From contig OX597830.1 in assembly GCA_951406725.2 (NCBI GenBank), forward strand, positions 14,570,001 to 14,634,000: a stretch of 64,000 nt of DNA. The letters run 5' to 3'. The position numbers were made by a program, and so were the translations under genes. This DNA is from Octopus vulgaris (taxonomy: Eukaryota). Positions within the stretch are counted from its first letter, which is position 1. Every line of letters begins with the position of its first letter. Positions 1 through 12,045 of the stretch are shown one piece after another. Below the pieces are notes generated by a model. That model was not told where the DNA came from. It ran no database searches and saw nothing but the letters and a program-made list of their open reading frames with translations.

Positions 1-59
1 TCACATTCCAAGAAGCCGAAAATATTTAAAAAAAAAAAATTTGTACTCGACATATTGTA

Positions 60-420
60 AGTTCTTGGTAAAGACAGATGTTCCTTTTATTGTAACCATC
101 TGAATGCTGGTTGTTAAATGCTTTTTTATATATATTTATTGGTGGGGCATTCAGAAATATAATTTTCCCACAAATCTTTCAATCCTAGGCTTCTGGCGAC
201 AGCGAAACAGAGAAATAATCTCTGACTATCTTCATAATCTCTCCAGAAACGATAAATTTAGAAAGTCTGTTCATTCTGTTTAATCTGATCTGTTTAATCT
301 CATGTTATTAGAATGTCCAAATGCATAGCTGTTTGTATTAACTTCTTCCACCTTCTTTCTTGCTGTAGTACAACGGGTATACTTCAGTATTCTGTATGAT
401 ACTGTAGATAATATAGAAAC
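60..420 (-). mobile_element. Degraded non-LTR retrotransposon fragment (Dong/R4-like, post-RT region)
   Basis: Minus strand ~341-376 reads PLYYSKKEGGRS*, resembling the RLYxxRKEGGRGL motif of R4/Dong-type ORFs. The rest is interrupted by stops; boundaries approximate. Confidence 0.35.
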
Positions 421-846
421 CAAAGCCCCCCTCTAAGCGTCGTACAGTGAATATTTCTATCCTTATTCGTCCCAAAAACTGACTTTTACACCAAAATCGA
501 TTTTGTTTTTCAACTTTCTATGATCGATAGACTAATATGTGCTGAAACCTGTTGAAAGATTTTTATCGAACAGAGTTTATGGAATGAAATTTCATCGAAC
601 GACGTTTTATCGAATTACCAAAGGACGTTTCATGTTTTGAAAAATATTTTGTAGATTTATTTTTAATCTTTAGGAAGATACTACTTGAGAACAGCTAACT
701 ATTTCAGACCAGTGAAATGCAATTAGATCATTGACTGTCGGAAAAGTGACAAAATTAAGTCATGACATATGTAGAACGATCAGTCTATGTTTAAAATATA
801 TGAATGAAGCATTTGTACATTTTTCATACAAAATTTTATCCGCGCA

Positions 847-955
847 AACTCACACACACACACATACGCAAACGCACGCACGCAGGCACACACACACACA
901 CGCAAACGCACGCACGCAGGCACACACACACACACATACACACACACATACACTC
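847..955. repeat. (CA)n/(CACG)n microsatellite
   Basis: Direct inspection. Confidence 0.95.
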
Positions 956-2049
956 TGAATATAGACTCATTGATTAATCTATACAAATTTTAAAGTTGGT
1001 TACATGACTTTTTAATTAATTTTGGGGATGAAAATTATATTTCTTAAATTAAGTTATATATTTAAATTTGAGTTCATCTTTCATTTAAAATGATTTTATT
1101 TTTAAACTTTTCCGAAATATAACATTATGTCGCAAAATAATATATTCTAAAAATATCTGCGGACAGTAGCACATATTTTATATCATAAATTATTCTGTTT
1201 AAAAGGATCCTATAACTATAATTATTTTGAAAAATAATTCTTTAATAACCTTATTTTATGAAATGTAAAACGTTATTTTGTAAAAAAAAATGTCACTCGT
1301 TAGAAATCATTCCGTTAAAAAGTCCTTCGATAAATAGCTAAAAGACAGCGGAAAATTTAGGAAAAGCAATTGACCGACGTTAGTTCACTGACCACCAACA
1401 AATCATCAATTAAGAAAAGCTTTCTTTGTACTGAAAAATATATCGTGACAGTGCCTCTACAATAAAATGGCTCGATGGGGAGTAATTGCTGCATATTTAA
1501 GCCAGTTAGTCTCAACAGTTTTATTTTAGAAATCTCTTCAATGTTTTATCAATGTTTTCATGTTTTAAATAATTTTGGTGATCATTAAGTATATTTTTGT
1601 TTTAAATATTTTATTGGAGTATTGATAATAATTAACAATTTGCAATCAGGGAATATATTAACCGGTCAATTAACGGTAATTAACCTGCTAATCGGTGAAT
1701 AGTTTTTTGGTAAATTAGTGCCGGAGAATTTTTCAGTATTCAAAAAATAAATAACAGTGATAAGTCAATCGACATAATTATATCTCTTCTCAAAGAATAT
1801 GTGGACTTATCTCACAGAGAAAAAATACAGCAAGGATGAAAATAAACTTCTCAGATCATTTATAAATTAAAGAGTAGTGTTGATCAAATTAAGGGCATAA
1901 TCGATTATATCGAACTTAGAAGTTACTTACTTTATTCTTGGAAGGACGAATGGCAAAACTGATTTTTGTCGCATTGGGATTCGGTTAGTACATCTCATAA
2001 AACATTGGTGATCGTGATAGAATGGGGTATAAATATTAATTTCTTATGT

Positions 2050-2750
2050 ACTATTAGAAAACGTATTTCTACAGTAAAAACAAAAGTGAAGTCATAGCAG
2101 GTTTGTGGAACAGCATAGTTGATGTAAGTGAAGTATCTTTAACTGCTTGCCCCAGCTTACAGATTCTGCACATTGACAACTATCTAGAGATCTTGATACT
2201 GCCCAAACGTAATTAAATATTACTTAAAGCAATCATTGCATCAATATTGATTGACCTGGGCTATTATAATAATATTTAAAATAAATCAATGAAACAATTA
2301 ACGCTCCAGAACATTTTAAAACATCTGCCCTGATGAGGACGCTTATTATTTTTTTTATTAAATGATATGACACTGGTAGTTCAATAAGCCAAACTATATA
2401 TGAATGATTAATTAAAACTGCAGCGTGGATTTTGTATTGTATCAACCAGGCATACAAATTACTAGTTTCTCTTTTCCAAACTACTACACAGAAATACAAT
2501 CTACATAAAGAGGCAGTACTCATATCACTGTTAACTTTCCTTCCTCCCGGAACTCTGCAGTCTCTCCAGCCAGTTCTTATTTTTATTTTTACATGCATGT
2601 AACATAAACTTGTCTCTGGAGACGATGAAATTTATTTCAAGTTTATAAAGCAACTACAATCCTTAGTGGTGAAATATATCAGCCCAGCTTGCAGTAGAAT
2701 AGCACCCTACCTTTCCCTCAATTAGAATGGACTCGGCTGACACGCTTTGA
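2050..2750 (-). mobile_element. Degraded LINE reverse transcriptase relic
   Basis: ORF 2233-2598 contains RTGWRDCRVPGGRK and NLYAWLIQYKIHAAVLINHSYI, a decayed match to the RT segments GFRxGR and xxxIDYKKAFDxVxHxxI. Confidence 0.35.
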
Positions 2751-4125
2751 TGATATGTCAGCTCGGTCGAGACTAACTAGGACTGAAGCAACAAATTCTG
2801 TGGTGATACATGAACCGTTGTTCTCTTCGTTGCTTTCCTGGCGATCCGTCCATGTGATAGTTCACATTCTTAATATTTCTTACAAGAATTTAAAAATACA
2901 AAACAATCTGTTGTTATATAAAATCTATTCAAAACAAAAACAAATGTTTAACCTCTATACACCCTACAAATATACAGACTTGATTTTCATAAATCAGTTT
3001 CAGCTAACAACATTACTCTATACAGATTTCCAGGCCCCCATCTTTTCATTATTCAGATTATATTCAACATTTTAATTAATACAATATTCTCTGAAATTAT
3101 GTCTTTTCAAGACTTACATTTTACTTATATCTTCCTCCGTCTTTAAATATGCCGAACTGTATTTCAAACAAAGCAATAACAGTTTTGTATTTATTCACGG
3201 ATATATTTATTTATTTATATGATTATTTCTTTTTTGTGTTCATGTTATTCACTCATCCATTGACATATTTAGTTATTTTATCAGCAACGTATTTTCATTA
3301 AGTCTCCTACTTCAGAAGTGTTGTTATTTCGATCAGTTTCTTCTAATTATATTTCCTTTAATCTAACTAGAAATAGTTGAAAATAATAATATTTAGTTCT
3401 ATCAACATCTATTGATATGTTTTAATGTATTTCTCATATTCAATGGTAAGATATTTTATCTATGTGTAGCTGATGCTTTTGTTATCTCTGTTGTGTAATA
3501 CTGATTTATCTTCTTCTCTAACATTTATTTACATTTTATTTAAGATTTATGGATATTTCCATCCATTAGTGAGTGGTGATGCTAGGTTTTTATCATTATT
3601 AATTACCTTTAATGATTGCATTTACCTGTTATATAGATATATTTTATTTTGCTTATTTTCAAATATCTAATCTTATAAACCTGTTGTTGATATTTTTTTT
3701 ATCGAGTCATTGTTTGTATTAGTATCTGCTTATCATATCTATTAATTACGCCGTGTATATTTGTTTATATCTCGTTCCATCTATATAACATTTAATCTCT
3801 CTCTCATTTATATAGTTTACATATTCCATGCATCTTTCGAAGATGCTGCAGTTTTCTTGATAGAATATTTTATCTGAATTGAGTATCAGAACCCATCGGA
3901 TTCGGGGAACATTTCATCTAATGTAACTGAAGAAACATAAACAGTAATCTATTTCTATAAAAGTTCTAATATTCTATGTAAAATACCATCTATTTGATTT
4001 CCATTAAAACTTTGGTCATTATCAAATTTCTCAGTTTCTACTGAATAGTGATTAATAGTTTCCTCCAGCATAGAAAGAAAAATTAGGTGACTCAGAGAAT
4101 TGTTAGCAATATTTGACTGTGAGTA

Positions 4126-4357
4126 GGGTGGCGAGCTGGCAGAAACGTTAGCACACCGGGCGAAATGCTTAGCAGTATTTTGTCTGCCGTTACGTTCTGA
4201 GCTCAAATTCCGCCGAGGTCGACTTTGCTTTTCATCCTTTCGGGGTCGATTAAATAAGTACCAGTTACGCACTGGTGTCGATATAATCGACTTAATCCGT
4301 GTGTCAGTCCTTGTTTGTTCTCTCTGTGTTTAGCCCCTTGTGGGTAGTAAAGAAATA
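4126..4357 (+). mobile_element. tRNA-derived SINE, family A (MetaSINE-like central domain), full length
   Basis: Head GGCGAGCTGGCAGAAACGTTAGCAC, B-box-like GAGCTCAAATTCC, domain GCCGAGGTCGACTTTGCTTTTCATCCTTTCGGGGTCGAT, tail TAGCCCCTTGTGGG. A near-identical inverted copy lies at 40110-40342. Confidence 0.85.
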
Positions 4358-4680
4358 GGCATTTCATCCATTTTTACGTTTTGAATTCAAATTCCGTCGT
4401 GGTAGACTTTCCTTTTCATCCTTTCGTGATTGATAAAATGACTACCAGTTGAACACTGGCCAGAAATTACTGGCCTTGTGCGAAAATTTAAAATGGGTAT
4501 TTGAACGTGAGTAAGGCGGCGAGCTGGCAGAATTGTTAGTACGCCGGACAAAATAAAAAGCGGTATTCCGTCCGTTTTTGCGTTTTGAGTTCAAATTCCA
4601 CCGAGATCGACTTTGCCTTTTATTCTTTCGGGGTCAATAAGACAAGTACTAGTTAAACACTGGTGTTGCTGTAATGGACT
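4358..4680 (+). mobile_element. Two further family A SINE copies, head-to-tail
   Basis: The same central domain recurs at ~4395-4440 and ~4600-4650; head AAGGCGGCGAGCTGGCAGAA at 4513. Confidence 0.8.
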
Positions 4681-4933
4681 CACTCTCTCTCTCTCTCTCA
4701 CTCTCTCTCTCTCGAACTTATTTGACCGTGGGTGGTATGTTAATGTCTTTGATTCTGAAGGAAAAGAACTACCATTGTACATGTAACAATAGCAAAAGCG
4801 AGAGACGGAAGAGAGAGCGTAAAAAGAAAAGGAAAAAGGTCATGCTGAACGAAACTAAAATGAAATTCAGCAGGAAGAACTTGCATCATTAGTAGTGCTG
4901 CTGTTTCATTTGAATCTGTTATTGTTTGGTTTA

Positions 4934-5291
4934 CTTACTTGTACTGATGACGACATTCCCCCTTGGGCGGGTTGAGTCGGCTTCTTCTACACATGGAAGA
5001 AGTTTCGTGGGAATATGTGGATTTCACAAGCGGTCCCAAACAATCCCGCATGTGGAGACATCCTGTTTGCCGCAGATTGTCCGCAGACGCAGGGACAGAA
5101 CGACCGAGGAGTCGCTGGTTGCCGAAGCAGACACTCCGAGGATTTTCACCAGAGCCCCGTCTGCCGGGTTGTGGCCCTAATACCACTCGGTGTCAGACCA
5201 ATCCGCCTTGGGTGGCCCTACCAGGAACCAACGGCATAGCTCTGATACTACCCGTTGCCACCGTCCCCACCACGGTGAGGAGGTGATGGAC
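4934..5291 (-). mobile_element. Short non-autonomous retroposon with (TAAG)n tail, probably RTE-derived
   Basis: Homologous to 43240-43572. Has a (TAAG)n 3' tail on the minus strand and a flanking direct repeat TTTGGTTTA (4925-4933 and 5292-5300). Confidence 0.7.
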
Positions 5292-5329
5292 TTTGGTTTA
5301 ATATACATCAATATATGCCAACCACTAAG

Positions 5330-5590
5330 CCACGCGTGGCGCGTTGTATCATTCAGCAAGATTCTATCTTACGCTGTTCTAGTTCACTCAGCTAGAAAAA
5401 TCGAGTTTTACCTGTAATTCAAAGGGCCAGTCCTGTTGCATTCTGTGTCACGCTGAATCTCCCAGAATATTACTTTAAAAGTACGAGTGTCAATGGAGTG
5501 CTCAGTCACTTGCACTTTAATTTACCGAGCTGGCTGTTCCATTGATCGGATCAACTGGAACTCCCTTCATTGTAACAAACTGAGCGTCAG
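5330..5590 (+). mobile_element. 5'-truncated SINE sharing the family C 3' tail
   Basis: TTCAAAGGGCCAG...TGTGTCACGCTGAATCTCCC...GGAGTGCTCAG...GATCGGATCAACTGGAAC matches 26520-26690 and 60655-60830. Confidence 0.7.
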
Positions 5591-5932
5591 TTAATTCATC
5601 GATTTATGGTGTGGGGTTGAAGGGGGGATGATACTGTTCCGTTTATCATTGACCGGAACACATGTCCAAGATAAAATGCAGTCGGTGCAGTTGATCGGAA
5701 GGAAAGAATGAAATTCAAGCTAGAAAAAGAAAGATGGCCGATGGTCACATGCGAGCAATGAGAGAGCAAAGGAGTAAGAGTGAGGGAAAGAGAGGGACAG
5801 ACAGAGAAAGAAACGAAAGGGGGAAATGAATTAGAAAAAGGAAGAGAGAGGAAACGAAAGAAAAATAGAATAGAACAAGTGTCGCATCAAAATTATTAAG
5901 ATAAAACTTACTCGGAAATGGATGCGTAGCGT

Positions 5933-5979
<47 letters not shown>

Positions 5980-6026
5980 ATGTGTATGCGCGCGTATGTA
6001 TGTATATATATATATATATATATATA

Positions 6027-6424
6027 TTCTTTTATTGTTTCACTTGTTTCGGTTATCTTAATGCAGGAATGCTGGAACACCGAGTTAATTGGTTTTAATC
6101 AAAGAAATCGACCCCAGGGCTTATTCTATGTAAGCCCAGTACTTATTCTAGTGGTCTTTGCGGAACCGCTAGGTTAAAGCTATATAAACACACAACCATC
6201 GGGGACAAACACAGACGTACATAAGTAGACACGCGCGCCGCGAACGCACACATATACACACATATACGACGGGCTTCTTTCAGTTTCTGTCTACCAAATT
6301 CACTCACAAGGCATTGGTCGGCTCGAGGCTCTATAGTAGAGACACTTGCCCAAGGTTTCACGCAGTGGGACTCAACCCGGAACCATGTGGTTAGGAAGCA
6401 ACCCTCGTAGCACACAGCTACGCC
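6027..6424 (-). mobile_element. SINE family B (tRNA head, CORE-like ACCTTGGGCAAGTG, internal microsatellite)
   Basis: Reverse complement of the copies at 10147, 11617 and 51887. Confidence 0.85.
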
Positions 6425-6616
6425 AGATATATGCATATATGCATTCATATATGTGCCTACTTACATATATATGTAACCTTGGGCAAGTGTCTTCTACTAT
6501 AAAGCCTCGAGCCGACCAAGGCCTTGTGAGTGAATTTGGTGAATATGTGACCGCGTGTGTATCGTTGGCGATTTTTTTCCTCCGTCTTCCCTTCTTTGGA
6601 TCTTTCCTTTTCCTAT

Positions 6617-6651
6617 GTTTCTGACGAAGAGCTCCGCTCGAAGCGTTAAAT
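6617..6651 (+). ncRNA. Minimal type I hammerhead ribozyme motif (one core mutation) in a putative PLE terminal fragment (~6545-6752)
   Basis: GUUU-CUGACGA-A-GAGC(UCC)GCUC-GAAG-C-GUU-AAAU. GAAA is changed to GAAG. The fragment abuts (TA)n at 6753. Confidence 0.6.
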
Positions 6652-6750
6652 CCTCCGTCTTTCTTTCCTTTCCTGAGTGTCCAATAACACTATATTTGTT
6701 CCACGTCCTCGCGCTGTTGCTTTCTCTTTGAGTTTTCATGTTGGGATTAA

Positions 6751-6985
<235 letters not shown>

Positions 6986-7459
6986 GCACAGATCTTTGTA
7001 CTATATATGTACGGTGATAAATTCATGTTTTACGAAAATTAATAATTGTTAGATGCTTAATAACCTCGTAGATATATATAAATTAAGATGAATTTTAAAA
7101 AGTAAATTCGCACACAGAACGTGGTTCTCCTTTAAGGTGTATTTATGCACAAATTGCAAGCGCAATAAAAATTCAAACACAGGAACATTTCACAAAAACA
7201 ACCTTATCTAATTTAAAAATCCTTCTTTTGTTCTTAATATTCATATTCTCAGTGAAGCTTACGCCTGAAAATTCAATATACCTCGTGTTGGAAACGTGTT
7301 ATTAGCTCTGCTCTCTTGGAAATAACCAGAACTAAACTGCACTGCAAAAACTGTTTCTATAAAATATTCAAGTCTATCGCTAAATTGTGGAAGTAAAAAG
7401 TTGCCATCAGCAGTTACAGCGCATTCTTTAGTTTTTCCTAACACAGGCTCCTTAACACA

Positions 7460-7860
7460 GGCTCAGGTATGGCTGTGTGATAAGAAGCTTACTTCCCAAC
7501 CGCATGATTCCGGGTTCAGTCCCACTGCATGGCACATTGGGCAAGTGTTTTCTACTACAACCTCGAGCCGACCAAAGCCATGGTAGACGGAAACTGAAGG
7601 AAGCCCTTCGTATATACATGTATATATTTATGTGTGTGTCATTGAGCCTGAGTTTGACTCCACCGCCATCGCTTGACAACAGATGTTGGTGTTTTTACGT
7701 CCCCGTATTCCAGTGGTTCGTCAAAAGAGACCGATAGAATAAGTACTAAGCTTACAAAGTATAAGTTCTGGGGTCGATTTCTTCGACTAAAGGACACTTT
7801 AATGCGGTGCTACATCATGGCCGTAGTCATAAGCTTGAAACAAGTAAAAGAATAAAAGAA
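7460..7860 (+). mobile_element. SINE family B
   Basis: GGCTGTGTGATAAGAAGCTT...GGGTTCAGTCCCACTGC...internal TA/TG run...GAAACAAGTAAAAGAATAAAAG tail. Confidence 0.85.
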
Positions 7861-8889
7861 TGCCAGATTTTTATAAACTATGATAACAAGGAATTGATCA
7901 GACAGCTGAATGAGCTGTTTTACTGCTTTTCTGGTGGTAAAAGGTTCAAGGTTTTAAATATAGCATTTAGACTGTCAAGGTAAAACGATTTCCACCAGCA
8001 AAAGCATTTGTTCCAAATTAGAGCGATCAAGCAGGTCAAACACAAATATAAGCTCATTTTAAAATGTAATCGGTTTCAACATATAGAGCAACCATCTAAC
8101 TGGCTCCGTGCGTGTTTGCGGTTGTACAGTTCTCTATAGATAACAGTGTATGTCCTTACAGAGAAAAGAACACGATTCTTATTCACACAAACACACATAC
8201 ACACAAGCGCACGTACACACATACATTTATGTATGTATACATATATATATATATAAATTGTTCATGGTTTTAAATATATCATTTTATACACACACAAACA
8301 GACACACACAATCTTTACTTGCATCGAATACATTTGAAAACATTCCATTAATATATACTTATAAATAATATAAACAAAAACAAGGAAACAATTCGCAAAA
8401 CTGTGATAAGAATAATTTGTGGCTTTTTGGGTTTTTTTTTTTTTACTCGAATTACCTACAGCAATATCTGACATTTATTCATAGTTAATTCCTGTTTTGC
8501 GTTGGGAAAAAAATATCAATAAGAAAACAGTGAAAAATATATGACAAAAAAAAGTCATAAATAAACATAAGAAAACAGCTTGTGTTCAGTTGGCTGTGTT
8601 TTCTATAAATGTTATCGTCATCATCTACTGATATAACCGTGTTACCGCGGAAATCGGAAGATTTGGTTAATTATTTACCCTTGATTTCCTATCTCCCTCA
8701 TCCCTCTCAGAGTTTCTCACCTTCTGATTTACACACGTAGATTCCAACGCACTTATAAATGATGTAAATATATAGGATTTAATAGAAGCGTCGAGATTTT
8801 CAGGGACATTTCAAAATAAAAAACATTTTAATACCTGATATTAAAACGATTTCTTATTTGAAGCATAGCACAAGGAAAAAAAAAAGCGT

Positions 8890-8903
8890 ACACATATACA
8901 TGC

Positions 8904-8987
<84 letters not shown>

Positions 8988-8999
8988 GCATACATACAT

Positions 9000-9054
<55 letters not shown>

Positions 9055-9378
9055 TACGTATTACATAATAATCATGTATATGCATATATATATACATATA
9101 TATATATATGTGTGTGTGGATATATACACGCGAAAACTCACACACAGACAAGCACGCATATATATTTATATTTATATAGAGATTTGCGCGTACAGTATAT
9201 TACATCTACCTCCTTCATTTTCAACTTTTCATTTATATATATATATATATACATGTATATGTGTGAGTATGTGTGATTGTATACTTGTCTGTTTGTGTAT
9301 ACATATTTATACACACGCGCGCACGCGCACATATCCATGCATTATATACACGTACATATATATATATATATATATATA
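8890..9378. repeat. Compound (TA)n/(TACA)n microsatellite
   Basis: Direct inspection. Confidence 0.9.
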
Positions 9379-9435
9379 AAGAAAGGGAGAAAGAGAGGGT
9401 GACAGATTGTGTTCTGTTTTTAATTTTATTTAAGA

Positions 9436-9473
9436 TATAGATAGATAGATAGATAGATAGATAGAGAGATAAA

Positions 9474-9517
<44 letters not shown>

Positions 9518-9518
9518 A

Positions 9519-9562
<44 letters not shown>

Positions 9563-9563
9563 A

Positions 9564-9638
<75 letters not shown>
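9436..9638. repeat. (GATA)n tetranucleotide array with AAAA interruptions
   Basis: Direct inspection. Confidence 0.95.
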
Positions 9639-9639
<1 letters not shown>

Positions 9640-10146
9640 AGTACATATATAATGTATTTACATAATATTGAGGAGAAAGAAAAGAGAAAACTGGGGTTTT
9701 TTTGTTGCTTTATATTTTATATTGTTCCCCTTGTCTCTGCGTGTGCTTTGAGATCCATAGAAAAATATGCAAAAAGCTAACATTGTTTCGTTAACGTTGC
9801 GACATCTGTGTTCCGATTCAGACAAGATTTAGATTTATGTAAATCATGACACATCTATTTTACGGTAGTATTTGTCATGAGAAGACATGGCTTATGGTTA
9901 TTGACCATAGTTAAATATTAGTTTGCGATTTGCCTGTGGAGTTCATGTCTTTTGACTTCTTCAGAGGAATTCTTGACTTTTCGCGTCGTACTGTAATTAT
10001 ATTTTTTATTTATCTATTTATGTATTATCATTTTTTTTTTTTTTTTACAGATCTCGAAATTTCATTTACTTTCAGATCTCGAAATTTTGGGGTCTAACTT
10101 ATCGGGTAGACGAAAACTCTGTCTTTTAGTTTAGTTGTGTAATTTA

Positions 10147-10313
10147 GGCGCAGGAGTAGCTGCATGGCAAGTAGCTTGCTTAGCAACCACATGGTTCCGG
10201 GTTCGTTCCCATTGCGTGGCACCTTGGGGAAGTGTCTTCTATTATAGCCTCGGGCCGACCAAAGCTTTATGAGTGGATTTGATAGACGGAAACTGAAAGA
10301 AGTCCGTCGTATG

Positions 10314-10365
<52 letters not shown>

Positions 10366-10645
10366 CCGGACCGGGCTGCGTGCTGTGTTCTTGAGCAAGG
10401 CATTTTATTTCACGTTGCTCCAGTTCACTCAGCTGTAGAAATGAGTTGCGACGTCACTGGTGCCAAGCTGTATCGACCTTTGTCTTTCCCTTGGATAACA
10501 CTGGTGGCGTGGAGAGGGAGGCTGGTATGCATGGGCGACTGCTGGTCTTCCATAAACAACCTTGCCCGGACTTGTGTCTAGGAGGGTAACTTTCTAGGTG
10601 CAATCCCATGGTCATTCATGACCGAAGGGGGTCTTTACCCTTTTT

Positions 10646-10699
<54 letters not shown>

Positions 10700-10910
10700 T
10701 GTGTGTCTGTGTTTGTCCCTCCAACATCGCTTGACAACCGATGCCGGTGTGTTTACGTCCCCGTAACTTAGCGGTTCGGTAAAAGAGCCCGATAGAATAA
10801 GTACTAGGCTTACAAAGAATAAGTCCTGGGGTCGATTTGCTCGACAAAAGGTGGTGCTCCAGCATCGCCTCAGTCAAATGACTGAAACAAGTAAAAGAGT
10901 AAGAGAGTAG
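10147..10910 (+). mobile_element. SINE family B, interrupted by a nested insertion
   Basis: 5' half at 10147-10365 and 3' half at 10646-10910 both match 11617-12045. Confidence 0.85.
10367..10645 (+). mobile_element. 5'-truncated SINE of another subfamily nested in the (TG)n of a family B SINE
   Basis: TTGAGCAAGGCATTTTATTTCACGTTGCTCCAGTTCACTCAGCTG body is shared with 28575-28630, followed by a different 3' tail. Flanked by (TG)n on both sides. Confidence 0.7.
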
Positions 10911-11177
10911 ATATTTTTTTTAAAATACATATTTCTTAAGTAAACATTTAATGTAGCGATGACTATTAACACCGATGACGACAACCAAAAAATATTATTT
11001 GGGAGAGGAAAAAGAGAATTTGTATAAAAGAGAATTAAAGATGAAAACTAAAGTCATTTAAAAAAAGAAGCTAACCGAAACGTGCGTAAAATTGACTATA
11101 TTAGTCAATAACATTCCAACTTTGCCTGATTTTTCACGTTTTATTATTTAAAATTTTTACAATTTTACAATATTGAA

Positions 11178-11219
11178 ATAAACTAGTACTTTCATGTGTT
11201 ACGCAATCATCAGGTTTAT
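11178..11219 (-). ncRNA. Minimal type I hammerhead ribozyme
   Basis: Minus strand AUAAAC-CUGAUGA-U-UGCG(UAA)CACA-U-GAA-AGUACU-A/GUUUAU: 6-bp helix I, intact core, palindromic helix III AGUACU, CUA cleavage triplet, one mismatch in helix II. Confidence 0.75.
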
Positions 11220-11504
11220 GCGTTCCTCAATTGACAACTGCGTCAATATATGGTCTAACCCCACGTAGAACTTCCGCCATATGTGTGTATGGGTGCAAAT
11301 ATATTTAAATATGGGTGCATATATTTATACATATATATATATATATATATATCTATACCAAAATATGTTACATTACTCGATAGTCAAGATTATGTAACAT
11401 ATTATTGTATAGATAAATTTCCTCTATTTACATAATATTGAGGTCTCTTTCTTTCTTTCGTTATCTTACCGTTTTACCAATACATATATATATATATATA
11501 TATG

Positions 11505-11562
<58 letters not shown>

Positions 11563-11568
11563 TGTATG

Positions 11569-11616
<48 letters not shown>

Positions 11617-11618
<2 letters not shown>

Positions 11619-11777
11619 GGAGTGGCTGTGTGGTAAGTAGCTTGCTAACCAACCACATTGTTTCCGGGTTCAGTCCACTGCGTGGCATCTTGGGCAAGTG
11701 TCTTCTGCTATAGCCCCGGGCCGACCAATGCCTTGTGAATGGATTTGGTAGACGGAAACTGAAAGAAGCCTGTCGTA

Positions 11778-11833
<56 letters not shown>

Positions 11834-12045
11834 TGTGTGTGTTTGTGTGTCTGTGTTTGTTCCCCTAGCATTGCTTGACAACCGATGCTGGTGTGTTTAC
11901 ATCCCCGTCACTTAGCGGTTCAGCAAAAGGGGCCGATAGAATAAGTACTGGGCTTACAAAGAATAAATCCTGGGGTCGATTTGCTTAAACTAAAGGCGGT
12001 GCTGCAGCATGACCGCAGTCAAATGACTGAAACAAGTAAAAGAGA
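11617..12045 (+). mobile_element. SINE family B, near full length
   Basis: CAGGAGTGGCTGTGTGGTAAGTAGCTTGC head, GGGTTCAGTCC B-box-like motif, internal (TA)n, tail GACTGAAACAAGTAAAAGAG. Confidence 0.9.

Noticed and set aside
2328-2345. CTGATGAGGAC core half
   Set aside because: No downstream helix II partner or GAAA; lies in a LINE relic.
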